DNA from: Promethearchaeota archaeon
Lineage (GTDB): Archaea; Asgardarchaeota; Lokiarchaeia; Sigyniarchaeales; SOKP01
Assembly (NCBI GenBank): GCA_048940445.1
Contig: JBHLON010000002.1
Location: 64,001-128,000 of the forward strand
Length of the DNA: 64,000 bases
Direction: 5' to 3'
Under the pieces are notes generated by a model. It ran no database searches, was not told the DNA's origin, and saw only the letters and a program-made list of their open reading frames with translations. Positions 1-12,379 of the stretch are shown one piece after another (positions within the stretch are counted from its first letter, which is position 1; the number at the start of each line of letters is the position of its first letter). A program made the position numbers and the translations under genes.

Positions 1-656
1 ATCCGTTAGTCATTCTTTTATATTTTCTAAACATTTCTATCACTGGATATGCTATTGCAGCCTTCTTATTATATACGAGCGGTATTTTTCTTCTAATTAT
101 TCTCTTAATGACAAAAGAAGAGAAAATCTCAAAAATAAATATCATATGTTTTATTTTGGCTACAATTGGGGTAGCTATTATAATGGAATTTTGGAATACA
201 AATTTTCTTTCAATAGGAATTATATTTGGGATTTTATCAGGAATAAATCTTGCAATTTTAGTTTATTCCAAAAAGAAAATCTATAACTATAGGTTAAAAA
301 AACAACAAGAAATTAAACTGAATGGAAATTTTGATATATTTTTATCATGGTTTAGCACATTATTATTACTTTTTATTTTTCTACCTTTCGGTTTATTAGA
401 TCTTAAAAAATTGACCTTTATAGATATTATTATTTGCTTATTGTTAGGATTAATCCCCACTGCTTTAGCGTTCACCTTATACAATGTCGGGGTAAAAAGT
501 GATAAAGGAGGTAATATTGTTATTCTTTCTTATTTTGAACCCATTATGGCAACAATTAATACAGCTATTTTTCTGAAAAACTTATCATTCTTTACAATAA
601 TAGGAGGAGCATTAATTCTAACAGCGAACATAATAATCCTAAGATTCTCAAAGTAA
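1..656 (+). CDS. EamA/DMT family transporter (5' partial)
   Basis: Frame 3 is open from the window start through the listed ORF; multi-TM; PTALAFTLYN and SYFEPIMA motifs typical of EamA. Confidence 0.85.
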   Translation, partial: PLVILLYFLNISITGYAIAAFLLYTSGIFLLIILLMTKEEKISKINIICFILATIGVAIIMEFWNTNFLSIGIIFGILSGINLAILVYSKKKIYNYRLKKQQEIKLNGNFDIFLSWFSTLLLLFIFLPFGLLDLKKLTFIDIIICLLLGLIPTALAFTLYNVGVKSDKGGNIVILSYFEPIMATINTAIFLKNLSFFTIIGGALILTANIIILRFSK

Positions 657-718
657 TATTACTTAACAAAAATTAAAAGATATCTTTAAAAATTTGATTT
701 TTTTTTATTATTTAATAA

Positions 719-1474
719 ATGCAGTGGAAATTTGAATTGGGGAAAGAAATGTCAAACGAAGATAATCACGAAATCTCAAGAATTAAGGAACTTGAAAGTA
801 CCAATTTAGCAAGTGATGAAATTAGAGATATAGTAGTACAAACAAAAAAAAAGTTAGAACAAGATAACGATTTACTCGCTCAGAAAATCCATCAAAACTT
901 AAAAGCTAATAATATTCTATCTATTGATATAGTAGGAGCAATTGGTGCTGGAAAAACAGCTTTAATTGAAGAAGTAGTCAAAAAGCTTAGTAATGAAAAA
1001 CGAATTTTAGTGATTAACGGTGATGTAACTACGCGGGTGGATGCAGATCGCATCGAAAAGCACGGTGTTAAAACAATACAAATTAACACAGGACGAGAAT
1101 GTACCTTAAATGCATATCATATTCATCAGATTTTAAAAAACATAGATTTAAAAAATTATGATATTATATTTATTGAAAATGTAGGAAATTTGATTTGCCC
1201 CTCTGAATTTCTCTTAGGAACAGATAAAAGGATTGTTATTGTGTCTATTACAGAAGGGGAATGGGTTATTGAAAAGCATCCAATGTTATTTAAGATGTCA
1301 GATATTGCAGTTATTAATAAGATTGATTTAAAGGAAAGATTAGGGACAAATGTTAACAAGATGATTGCTGATGCAAAGAGGATAAATTCAAATATTGATG
1401 TAATTACTACTAGTGTTAAAACTGGTGAAAATATTGATCAACTCCTTAAATTGATGGAATTAAATATAAAGTAA
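719..1474 (+). CDS. hypB: Hydrogenase nickel incorporation GTPase HypB (start may be 749)
   Basis: GAIGAGKT P-loop, INGD, QINTG, IENVGNLICP, NKID motifs. Confidence 0.9.
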   Translation: MQWKFELGKEMSNEDNHEISRIKELESTNLASDEIRDIVVQTKKKLEQDNDLLAQKIHQNLKANNILSIDIVGAIGAGKTALIEEVVKKLSNEKRILVINGDVTTRVDADRIEKHGVKTIQINTGRECTLNAYHIHQILKNIDLKNYDIIFIENVGNLICPSEFLLGTDKRIVIVSITEGEWVIEKHPMLFKMSDIAVINKIDLKERLGTNVNKMIADAKRINSNIDVITTSVKTGENIDQLLKLMELNIK

Positions 1475-1484
1475 GTGAATAATT

Positions 1485-1904
1485 ATGAGTGAAGAATTAA
1501 AAGAAATAGAACAAGCTTGTACTGATTTAGAAGATATTAAAAAATATAATATTAAAAAGCTATTGAGTACTTTTTTGTCAAAAATTCAAATTAAAATCGA
1601 TAACTATATTGGGGATTATCCTACTTTTATAGAGCCTGTACATTTAGAGGAAAACGTTAAGATTGGTGAAGATGTTCTTATCGGACCAAATGTTTATATA
1701 GGGGCGAATACCGAAATAGGAGATTATGTTGAAATTTCGAATTCAATCATATTCGAAAATGTTAAACTTGGTGAAAATTTTAAATTAGAAAATTGTATCA
1801 TTTTAAAGAATAGCAATTTAAAAATAAGTAACATCAGCTTAAAAAATTGTATTCTTAAAGGTAAATGCAATTCTGAATCTGAACTTGAAAGATATGAGAT
1901 CTAA
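1485..1904 (+). CDS. Stand-alone hexapeptide-repeat (left-handed beta-helix) protein resembling the NDP-sugar synthase C-terminal domain
   Basis: VKIGEDVLIGPNVYIGANTEIG repeats. Confidence 0.75.
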   Translation: MSEELKEIEQACTDLEDIKKYNIKKLLSTFLSKIQIKIDNYIGDYPTFIEPVHLEENVKIGEDVLIGPNVYIGANTEIGDYVEISNSIIFENVKLGENFKLENCIILKNSNLKISNISLKNCILKGKCNSESELERYEI

Positions 1905-1939
1905 TTTTTTATAGTACAATTAAACAAATCTATTATCCC

Positions 1940-2788
1940 TTGATTTTTATGAAGGATCTAGAAAAATATTTTGAATTTAATTTAAAAAGATGGAATGAAT
2001 TAGCAGAAATTAATCCAAAATCGAAATTTTATGATTTAGATGGATTTAAGAAAGGAAAAACCTCATTATTACCAATAGAACTTAAAGAGTTAGGACCAGT
2101 TAAAGGAAAATCTCTATTACACTTGCAATGCCATTTTGGTATGGATACGCTATCCTGGGCACGAAGAGGAGCTATAGTGACTGGAGTTGACTTTTCAGAT
2201 AAAGCAATTAGATATGCAAAACAATTGAGTGAAGAATTAAGGATTAAAGCCAAATTTATTCATGCTAATGTTTATGATATCCCAAAAGTAATAAATCAAA
2301 AATATGATATCGTTTTCACATCCTATGGAGCCATCTGTTGGTTACCTGATTTACCTAAATGGGCAGAAATCATTGAATATTGCTTAAAACCTGGAGGTAC
2401 TTTTTATATTATTGATAATCATCCATTCGGGATTATAGTAGATGAGAAAAAGCAGCCATTCCAAGTAGGCTATAATTATTTTACAGAAGGGAAACCTGTC
2501 TATTGGGATGATTCTGGAACTTATGCTGGAGAAGAAATAGAACTTGAGAATACAACTAGTTATGAGTGGTTTCATAAAATGGGAGACATTGTAAATTCTT
2601 TAATTAATGCTGGTCTCATCATAGACTTTTTACACGAATTTCCCTTTAGTTTTTTTAAATTACATCCTGATATGAAAAAAAGAGAAGATGGCTATTGGGA
2701 ATTTCAAACCTTGAAATTTTCAATACCAATGCTGTTTTCTCTCCGAGTTAAAAAAAGTAAAATATCAAACCCTATATTAGCACATTAA
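1940..2788 (+). CDS. Class I SAM-dependent methyltransferase
   Basis: LLHLQCHFGMDTLSWA and GVDFS motifs. Confidence 0.9.
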   Translation: MIFMKDLEKYFEFNLKRWNELAEINPKSKFYDLDGFKKGKTSLLPIELKELGPVKGKSLLHLQCHFGMDTLSWARRGAIVTGVDFSDKAIRYAKQLSEELRIKAKFIHANVYDIPKVINQKYDIVFTSYGAICWLPDLPKWAEIIEYCLKPGGTFYIIDNHPFGIIVDEKKQPFQVGYNYFTEGKPVYWDDSGTYAGEEIELENTTSYEWFHKMGDIVNSLINAGLIIDFLHEFPFSFFKLHPDMKKREDGYWEFQTLKFSIPMLFSLRVKKSKISNPILAH

Positions 2789-3000
2789 CAATAATGAATT
2801 TCATCTTATATCACCTTAAATGACAAATTCTACCTTATTTGAATAGTCAAAAATTCATCATAAAGCTAGTCTCATGGAATTCTGTTATTAAATCTACTCT
2901 ACAAACTAAAAGGAAAGTAATTAGTAGAAAAATAAAGAATCGTATTTTCATTTGTTCTCAAATATTACAAATTAATATTTTGTAAGCATTAATGTTATAA

Positions 3001-3029
3001 TCATAACACAACTCCAGAGCTTAATAAAC
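3001..3029 (+). promoter_or_regulatory. Conserved 29-bp element, copy 1
   Basis: TCATAACACAACTCCAGAGCTTAATAAAC, 28/29 identical to 3460-3488; just 3' of a TATA-like box. Confidence 0.6.
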
Positions 3030-3083
3030 GAATTATATGATTTTCAAGTAATTTCTATTAAATTTATAAAGGGAAGGGGAAAA

Positions 3084-3269
3084 ATGAATGCCTGGAAATT
3101 AAGGCTCATAGTAATAGGCCTTATAAATGTAATTATAGCTGTTATTTTACTTATTTCAAGAGGTTTTGCAATACTGTATATAGCATATCTTACTGTCGCA
3201 ATAATCGTTTGTGTGATCGGAATTATTTGGAAGCCTAAGGTAAAATCAATTGATAACAGCACGAACTGA
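3084..3269 (+). CDS. Small 2-TM membrane protein (paralog of 3528-3722)
   Basis: Two hydrophobic helices; W-x-L-K/R and IG(I/L)IW motifs shared with the neighbour. Confidence 0.7.
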   Translation: MNAWKLRLIVIGLINVIIAVILLISRGFAILYIAYLTVAIIVCVIGIIWKPKVKSIDNSTN

Positions 3270-3459
3270 AAGATTCTTTCTTACATTATGACCAATATAA
3301 TTTTATAAATTATTGAAAAAAACCTTGAAAAAATTATAATATTAAACTTATAATGTAAAATTTAGAAGATGCATAATAATAAGAAAAATTGCTTTAATTC
3401 ATATTGAAATGTTATGTAATAAACTACTAATTTACAATTTGAAGATAAAAGATTTATAT

Positions 3460-3488
3460 TCATAGCACAACTCCAGAGCTTAATAAAC
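3460..3488 (+). promoter_or_regulatory. Conserved 29-bp element, copy 2
   Basis: TCATAGCACAACTCCAGAGCTTAATAAAC after TTTATAT. Confidence 0.6.
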
Positions 3489-3527
3489 TGACTGTATGGT
3501 TTAAAAATAGCAAAAGATGTACAAAAT

Positions 3528-3722
3528 ATGGCATTGTTCTGGAATTTAAAAGCAAGGTTTATAGTAGCGGGATGTATTGTTGCAATTATTGGCGTTATAT
3601 TGCTCATTATACGCCCTGATTTGTTCATTTCTTATGTACTAATAATCCTGGGAATAATTGTATTAGTGATCGGTTTAATTTGGAGATTTAAGACGAAACC
3701 AAATGATACGAGTACACATTGA
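3528..3722 (+). CDS. Small 2-TM membrane protein
   Basis: Paralog of 3084-3269; directly upstream of the ABC operon. Confidence 0.7.
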   Translation: MALFWNLKARFIVAGCIVAIIGVILLIIRPDLFISYVLIILGIIVLVIGLIWRFKTKPNDTSTH

Positions 3723-3757
3723 AGGAAAAAAGTTTAAAATGATAAAGTGATAAAATA

Positions 3758-4678
3758 ATGATTAAAATTGAAAATTTGACCAAGAAATATGGAAATCTGA
3801 CAGCTGTTGATAACTTATCATTGCAAATTGAAGAAGGAGAAGTATTTGGTTTGCTCGGGCCTAATGGTGCGGGGAAAACCACTACTATTCGGGTGCTTTG
3901 TTGCCTGATATCTAAAACAAGCGGGAAAGCAATGTTGAATAATTTATCGATTGATGATAAAAAAAATAAGATTGAAATTCGTAAAATAATCGGACTATTA
4001 CCGGAAAATGTGGGGCTTTATGAAAGCTTGTCTGCGTATAAAAATTTGGATTTCTATGCAAAACTTTACCACGTTACTGAAACTCAACGAAAAGAACGGA
4101 TTGAATATTATCTCAAAATGTTTGAACTCTGGGATAAAAAAGATGTTGCTGCTGGAACATTTTCTAAAGGAATGAAACAAAAATTGGCATTAGCTCGAGT
4201 TCTAGTTCATGATCCAAAAATCTTATTTTTAGATGAGCCAACAGCAAGTCTGGATCCAGAAGCCACTAAAATGGTTAGGGATTACATCCTAGAACTAAAA
4301 AAAGAAAAGCGGACCATTTTCTTGAATACGCACATGCTCGATGAGGCGGAACGGATCTGTGACCGTGTGGGAATTTTGAAAACTCAATTATTAGACATTG
4401 GATCCCCCGAAAAATTACGGGAGTCCTTGTTGGGAAAGAAATCTGTTGTTGAGGTGGATGCTGTTACAGATAACATCCTCAAAAGCATAAAATCTTTTGG
4501 ATTTGAACAAATTTCGGTAGATAACAATAAAATGACTATTGATGTTAATGATCCTCGCAAAGATAATCCTTCCATCATACAAGCAATCCAAGATGCTGGA
4601 GGACTAGTTCAATCTATTTCAGAACTCCTTCCAAGCTTAGAAGATATTTATTTAAAAAAGGTACGGAGGGAAGAGTAA
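3758..4678 (+). CDS. ABC-2 type exporter ATP-binding subunit
   Basis: GPNGAGKT, FSKGMKQK, LFLDEPT. Confidence 0.95.
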   Translation: MIKIENLTKKYGNLTAVDNLSLQIEEGEVFGLLGPNGAGKTTTIRVLCCLISKTSGKAMLNNLSIDDKKNKIEIRKIIGLLPENVGLYESLSAYKNLDFYAKLYHVTETQRKERIEYYLKMFELWDKKDVAAGTFSKGMKQKLALARVLVHDPKILFLDEPTASLDPEATKMVRDYILELKKEKRTIFLNTHMLDEAERICDRVGILKTQLLDIGSPEKLRESLLGKKSVVEVDAVTDNILKSIKSFGFEQISVDNNKMTIDVNDPRKDNPSIIQAIQDAGGLVQSISELLPSLEDIYLKKVRREE

Positions 4679-4679
4679 A

Positions 4680-5402
4680 GTGAATCGTAAAAATGTTTGG
4701 ATCATAACTACAAAAGATCTTGGGCTCTTTTTTAAAAAGAAAGTGATCCTGTATTCCGCATCGGTTTTACCGTTAGCTCTTTCAATTGTGTTACCCTTAA
4801 TAGTCTGGTATGCTTCAAACAACAGACATGTCCCAATAAATTCCTTACTTCCGGTAATTAACGCGTTTTCGTTCTTTTTTCTGGTTCTTGCTGCGATAAT
4901 TCCAACTGTCATTGCGTCTTACAGTTTCGTAGGGGAAAAAACTGAAAAAACTCTTGAACCCTTATTAGCAACTCCAACTACTGATGATGAAATCTTACTT
5001 GGGAAGAGTTTAGCCGCATTTTTGCCCGTAATATGCATGATATTTATCAGTGCTGTTGTATTCACGGTTTTGATGGACATTTTTATTGGACGTATATATT
5101 TCCCAAACTGGAACTTTGTGATTATAATTCTTTTAGCCACTCCGCTAGCATGCGTTATGAGTATAGAATTTAGTATAATAATTTCTTCTCGCATGAATGA
5201 TGTCCGCTCAGCCCAACAATTAGCTGGACTTATGCTGATTCCATTCGTTTTACTATATCTTCTTCTCGAACTTCATGTCATTGATCTTGAAACTATTACA
5301 TTGCTTATAATTGCTGGAATCCTTGCCGTAATTGACATTTGCTTGTTTTTTATCAGTCGAGGTTTATTTCAACGTGAAGAAATCCTAACAAAATGGAAAT
5401 AA
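4680..5402 (+). CDS. ABC-2 type exporter permease
   Basis: GEKTEKTLEPLLATP motif, 6 TM, coupled to the ATPase. Confidence 0.9.
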   Translation: MNRKNVWIITTKDLGLFFKKKVILYSASVLPLALSIVLPLIVWYASNNRHVPINSLLPVINAFSFFFLVLAAIIPTVIASYSFVGEKTEKTLEPLLATPTTDDEILLGKSLAAFLPVICMIFISAVVFTVLMDIFIGRIYFPNWNFVIIILLATPLACVMSIEFSIIISSRMNDVRSAQQLAGLMLIPFVLLYLLLELHVIDLETITLLIIAGILAVIDICLFFISRGLFQREEILTKWK

Positions 5403-5631
5403 AGACCTTAATTTTTCATCTTCCCTAAATTCTCCATTATTTAGAAATGATTGAAAGATTAAAGGAATAAACAATTTTATCGTAGATTATAAAAGAATCT
5501 ATAATTCGCCTTTTTCAACAAAAAGATGAAATTAGAGGTTTAAAAATGATATATGAGTCAAAATACTTATTTTTTTCCAAGCTCGATTTGAAAAAGTAGA
5601 TTAAAATCTAAATCTTTATTGGAAAACGAAT

Positions 5632-6603
5632 TTAAAAGTTTAATGCACTAATTGGAAAGAAAATTGCAATAGAAATTATTGCGGCAATTGGAAAGGTTAG
5701 TATCCAAATTAATATTATTTTCCGGACATTTTTACTGGTGGGTGCTCTTCTAGCTTTTGCTACTCCTATTAATGATGCGACCAGCATATGAGAGCCAGAT
5801 AATGGGATCCCAAATAAAGTTCCAAAGAATAATATAACTGCCATTGGAATCTCGCTTGCAAATGCAGTACTTGGACGAAGTTCCGTAATGGTACCAACAT
5901 TTCGAATCACATTTCTCCCTAAAATTACTATTCCACTAGCTAAACTTAATCCTGTAATAATTAAAAGGAGAGATAGATCAATATTTGCTTGAGCTCCCAC
6001 TACGATACCTACTGCGTTTGAACAATCATTTCCAGCTCGTGAAAAAGCGGTCCAACATATCACTGCTAATAAAATATAGGAAAAATATTTTTCTGTTCTT
6101 TCAAAGCTCTTAAAACCAGAAAGACGTTTGATGATAAACTTATTTATCGCTTTATATGATACATATGTTACTACATAGCCTATAAGTGGAGATAGTAACC
6201 ACCAAATACCCATCTCGAAAATAGTAAACCAATTTACTCCAAAAAGCCCGCTATGTAAAAGACCAATTCCAATTATACTACCTATAGTTGCATGTGTGGT
6301 TGAGATGGGCAATCCAAACGCAGAAGATATGATAAGCCACATAGCTGTTGAGACTAAAACTGTTAAAACAATTGAATTAGATATTTCAAATGAAAACAAA
6401 TCTTTTCCAACAGTTTCACTAACTGCTCTCCCAAAGATAAATGCCCCCAAAATTGCCAAAATAGTCGCAAGGATTAATAATTCTTTCATTCTTAATGTCT
6501 TTGAGCCATATAAAGTGGCCATAGTTTCGTCGTTAGCACCAATTCCAAAACTTATAATCATTGAAATGATCAAAAAGATGATAATTATAGAGATTAACTC
6601 CAT
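5632..6603 (-). CDS. pitA: PiT family inorganic phosphate transporter
   Basis: GIGAND, GLPISTTH, AGND, PLSGSH signatures. Confidence 0.9.
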   Translation of the reverse strand: MELISIIIIFLIISMIISFGIGANDETMATLYGSKTLRMKELLILATILAILGAFIFGRAVSETVGKDLFSFEISNSIVLTVLVSTAMWLIISSAFGLPISTTHATIGSIIGIGLLHSGLFGVNWFTIFEMGIWWLLSPLIGYVVTYVSYKAINKFIIKRLSGFKSFERTEKYFSYILLAVICWTAFSRAGNDCSNAVGIVVGAQANIDLSLLLIITGLSLASGIVILGRNVIRNVGTITELRPSTAFASEIPMAVILFFGTLFGIPLSGSHMLVASLIGVAKARRAPTSKNVRKIILIWILTFPIAAIISIAIFFPISALNF

Positions 6604-6622
6604 TTTTCACTCCATTTATTGA

Positions 6623-7267
6623 TTATTTAGTGGGATACTTAATGATTAATCCTCTTAGATAATCTGAAATTTCTTCAGCCCAAGACGCAATCTCATATTG
6701 ATAAGTAACAAGCTTAGAAGTTAAGTAAATTTTCATCGGTTCATCTTTTTTTTTATAAAGGATATCAAGCAGTTCAAATTTAGCTCTCCGAGCATCCCTT
6801 CGAATTGATTCTACACTAAAAGTAATTCGATAAGCTTCGCCAAAATCAGTTTCAATTAGAGTTGCGCATTTTAGTAATTCTTTAACTGTTTTATAACAAA
6901 AATTAGATAAACTCTTTAAGAGTTCCTTAATATCCTCATAAATTTCAAAAGGAAAAACTTGAAGAAAGCGAGCAAAAAATTCTGTTTTGTCATTAATTTG
7001 ATCAATCATCATTAGGATGTTGTATCTATCTTCCACAAGGAAAGGTAAAGCTCTTTTTTCGTTATATAGTACTTGGACATATTTTTCTTTAATACGATCA
7101 GACTTTTGCTCTGACAGGATTACATCTTCAAGATCTTCTGGTTTTAGTTTATTATCCAAAAGTTTTCTAACTAAATTATGCATAATTTCAGCAGCATTTG
7201 AAGTTTCTTCTAGAAACTCCTTATTAATTTCAGTTAATTCATTTTTCTTTTCTTTTAAAAATTTCAT
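6623..7267 (-). CDS. DUF47 / PhoU-like phosphate transport regulator
   Basis: All-helical, LPFLVEDR motif, immediately upstream of PiT. Confidence 0.85.
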   Translation of the reverse strand: MKFLKEKKNELTEINKEFLEETSNAAEIMHNLVRKLLDNKLKPEDLEDVILSEQKSDRIKEKYVQVLYNEKRALPFLVEDRYNILMMIDQINDKTEFFARFLQVFPFEIYEDIKELLKSLSNFCYKTVKELLKCATLIETDFGEAYRITFSVESIRRDARRAKFELLDILYKKKDEPMKIYLTSKLVTYQYEIASWAEEISDYLRGLIIKYPTK

Positions 7268-7431
7268 TTTAGACCCATAAAACTAATAAGATTCTCTTAA
7301 ATAGATTCAGAAGTTAATATATTATTCTAAATATGTTTTATTGTTTAAAAGCCTTATATCTTTCGGATAATATCAAGAGAAATACTTTTTTAGAACCGCT
7401 GGTTATTTCAATTAGTGATTTTATAAATTTT

Positions 7432-7959
7432 ATGAGTGATATATTGCCCTTTCTTAAGCTTAAGTTAAAAGATATCTGTTTTGATCCAAATGTACAAAAT
7501 TATTGTAATAATCCAAAATATAAATGTCCAAATTACAATAGCTCGTGGGCTTGTCCTCCACAAGCTCCCTATTTGGAAAAAACAATTTCTAAATTTAAGA
7601 CATTCTTTTTAATATACTTGAAGTTTAATTTAACAGAATTCTATAAAAGAAGTTCATTCTATTCCAATGAAGTCGACCGAGACTACATGGAAAAAGAGAT
7701 CTACGACTTTTTAAATGATTATAATGAAATTTATGTAGATAAACTAATTTTATGGGATGGATATTGCCGAATTTGTTCTAAAGAAGGTAAAAAATGTACA
7801 TATATTTTAAAGAAAGCTTGCCGTTATCCAAATGAGATAAGATATTCAATGGAAGCAGTAGGGATAGATGTTGATAAAACAGTTAAAAATGTTAATATAA
7901 TTTTAGAATGGCCACCACTGAACTATTCTTATCGTTTTGGTTTGATTTGTCTCAAATAA
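7432..7959 (+). CDS. DUF2284 family metal-binding protein (ORF track start 7333; 7432 more likely)
   Basis: CPNYNSSWACPP, CxxC...C...C, RYSMEAVGIDV. Confidence 0.85.
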   Translation: MSDILPFLKLKLKDICFDPNVQNYCNNPKYKCPNYNSSWACPPQAPYLEKTISKFKTFFLIYLKFNLTEFYKRSSFYSNEVDRDYMEKEIYDFLNDYNEIYVDKLILWDGYCRICSKEGKKCTYILKKACRYPNEIRYSMEAVGIDVDKTVKNVNIILEWPPLNYSYRFGLICLK

Positions 7960-7991
7960 AATTTTTTAATGATTAGAGGTGAAAAGTAAAG

Positions 7992-9853
<1,862 letters not shown>

Positions 9854-10000
9854 AATTCAAATCTAATTTAGTTTAAATTTGATTTAATATCAAAAATCTA
9901 GTCCAAAATTGATTATTCTTTAAGATTTAAAAAGTTTTTAGTCTCTTCATTATCAATACAATAATTTTTAAATAATAATTTTCTTGAAGTTTATAGAAAA

Positions 10001-10879
10001 ATGTTGGAAAGAACAATTCTTTTTGATTTATTTCACAATGAAATGTTAAATATTGAAGATAAGGATTTTTCTAATTTCTTAAATTTGCTTAAACAGTTTA
10101 ATTTAAAAATTAAAAAGAACGATACAAAAAGTTTAACAATAAAAGCTTTAGAAAATATAGATATTTTAGTCATTGGAAATCCTATTGATGACTATTTCTC
10201 AAATATAGAAATAAAGGATATTAGTGATTTTGTCAGAAGTGGTGGCTCGTTATTATTAATTAGTGAATATGGAGCAGACTATCTTCAGAAAACAAATTTA
10301 AATGATATTTCTGGTTCAAATTATGGGATTTTTTTCCAAAAAAATCTGGTTAAACAATTAAGTATTACTGACCAAAAAGATTCAAGTATAATAAACGTAA
10401 CTAATTTTAGGAGTGATGAGATTACTAATAATTTACGAGAAATAGTAATTGGAGGATCTTGTTCTTTATTATTAAATAAAAATGCCATCCCATTATTAGA
10501 ATCACGTGATCAGCACATATGGACGGAAGTATTTAAAAATTCAAAAGAAGAATGGGTTAAGGATAAGGAAGAACAACAAATTTTAGCTTCTTATACAGAA
10601 TCTGGGCAAGGAAAGGTCGTTGCCTTAGGTGATATTGACATTTTTACAAACGATAATAATATCGGAATTAATGCTTTAGATAATTACATCTTTATACAAA
10701 ACATTTTAAATTGGCTCACTAAACCCGTAAAAGAATCTAATGTCTTTTCATATGTTTTAAATCAAATAGGAATTTTAGAAGGTAAAATCAGGGAATTAAA
10801 TTTGACAATTAATAATTTGATAGAAACTATAACTATTTTAGAAAAAAGAATTTCCCATTTAGAAGAAGAACATCATTAA
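10001..10879 (+). CDS. GIFT (GldG/IFT52)/DUF4350-like domain protein with C-terminal coiled coil
   Basis: ILFD..H.E, DILVIGNP, DFVRSGGSLLLISEYG, GKVVALGD..IF.N; recognised by eye. Confidence 0.7.
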   Translation: MLERTILFDLFHNEMLNIEDKDFSNFLNLLKQFNLKIKKNDTKSLTIKALENIDILVIGNPIDDYFSNIEIKDISDFVRSGGSLLLISEYGADYLQKTNLNDISGSNYGIFFQKNLVKQLSITDQKDSSIINVTNFRSDEITNNLREIVIGGSCSLLLNKNAIPLLESRDQHIWTEVFKNSKEEWVKDKEEQQILASYTESGQGKVVALGDIDIFTNDNNIGINALDNYIFIQNILNWLTKPVKESNVFSYVLNQIGILEGKIRELNLTINNLIETITILEKRISHLEEEHH

Positions 10880-10996
10880 ATTGTACGTCCAGATTTATTT
10901 ATTATACTAAAATTAAAAACATTTCACAAAATAAATCTAAAATTTCTTTAATTATATTTTATTACTCTTTTTTATTAAAAGACAATAGATGTTATT

Positions 10997-12379
10997 ATGA
11001 TTGAGAACTCTTATGATGAAATTTTCTCTCTTTTTGAAGAAATCTCAAATGGATTTAATCGTAAAAATCAATATTTTGATCTCTTATATGACTCTATGTC
11101 ATCCACGCAAATATTTAAAACACCTTCTACTGAAGATATTTCTGTTAACAAAAAAACTTCTGGTATTGTTGCTCGAACTTTTTTAGGATCTTGGAAAGAG
11201 ATAAGCTTCGATAATCTTTCAGATATTAATATAATTCAAAAGAGAATACCAAGAGTCGCAAATATGGGAGAAAAGATTGCTCAATTTGAAAGCTGGAGAT
11301 TAAATAAAGAAATAATCCCTAAAATCGATCCTTCTACGATTCCGATACAAGATAAAATAAAAAGAGTTAGAGAGATTTATGACTATGTAAAAAATTTTGA
11401 TGAAAGAATTGTAAAAGTAGAAATTAGATACCTTGAATTTCTATTAGAAAGAATCTTTTCTAATAATGAGGGATGTCTCTTAAGACAAGTAATTCCAAGA
11501 CTTAGACTTTTTATTTTCCCAATAGCAAAAGAAGGGAGTGTTATTGATTTCGATTATTATGTTAAAAGCCAAGAAACCGGTTATGAAATTTTTAATGAAA
11601 TCAATAATGAAAAATTAGACGAAATCGCCCAAAATTCAATAGATATGTTAACTGCAAAAACACCGCCTAGTGGGAGATTTCCTGTAATCCTAGATCCTGG
11701 TATGACAGGAATTACAGCCCATGAAAGTTTTGGACATGGTCTTGAGGCTGATCAAGTTTTAAGGGAGAGAAGTTATCTAAAGAAATATTTGAATAAAAAG
11801 GTTGCTTCAACTATATGTAAAATATACGATACTCCTTCACTAAACGGGCCAATAGGATCCTATTTTTTTGATGATGAAGGTATTCGAGCTGGTAAAAATG
11901 TGTTAGTAGAAGATGGAATTTTAAAAAATTTTATATATGACAGAAGAACTGCTTCTGAATTTAATGCTATACCTCAGGGAAATGGACGAAGAGAAAGTTT
12001 TGCCCATCCGATAAATGTGCGTATGTCAAACACATACTTTGAGGCTGGAGATTATTCTTTAGAAGAGATGATATCTGAAATAAGTAAAGGTGTAATACTG
12101 ATACATGGCTACTTTGGAATGGAAGATCCTATAGGTGGTGGTATGCAAAGCACTTCTAAAAAAGGATATTTAATAGAAAATGGAGAAAGAACAAAATTAT
12201 TAAGGAAAATCGCATTAAGTGGATCTGTCTTAGAACTTTTACAGAATATTGATGCTATTTCAAAAGATAATATTAAATTAGATGGAGGCACTTGTGGTAA
12301 AGGTAGTGAAGATTATGTACCTGTAGGTTCTGGTGGAAGTTATATTAGAATCAAGAACGCAATCATAAGTCAAGGGTGA
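10997..12379 (+). CDS. tldD: TldD metalloprotease subunit
   Basis: HESFGHGLEAD, GNGRRE, RMSNTY, GTCGK. Confidence 0.9.
   Translation: MIENSYDEIFSLFEEISNGFNRKNQYFDLLYDSMSSTQIFKTPSTEDISVNKKTSGIVARTFLGSWKEISFDNLSDINIIQKRIPRVANMGEKIAQFESWRLNKEIIPKIDPSTIPIQDKIKRVREIYDYVKNFDERIVKVEIRYLEFLLERIFSNNEGCLLRQVIPRLRLFIFPIAKEGSVIDFDYYVKSQETGYEIFNEINNEKLDEIAQNSIDMLTAKTPPSGRFPVILDPGMTGITAHESFGHGLEADQVLRERSYLKKYLNKKVASTICKIYDTPSLNGPIGSYFFDDEGIRAGKNVLVEDGILKNFIYDRRTASEFNAIPQGNGRRESFAHPINVRMSNTYFEAGDYSLEEMISEISKGVILIHGYFGMEDPIGGGMQSTSKKGYLIENGERTKLLRKIALSGSVLELLQNIDAISKDNIKLDGGTCGKGSEDYVPVGSGGSYIRIKNAIISQG

Noticed and set aside
287-322. TTAA-N15-TTAA in the EamA gene as a possible third intron
   Set aside because: Central helix CUAU/ACUG has only 2 of 4 pairs, there is no inner hairpin and the ORF is not disrupted; expected by chance in AT-rich DNA.
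10072-10107. TTAA-N15-TTAA near the 5' end of the GIFT-domain gene
   Set aside because: Weak all-AU helix with a U-U mismatch; the ORF is intact and the residues look like part of the domain.
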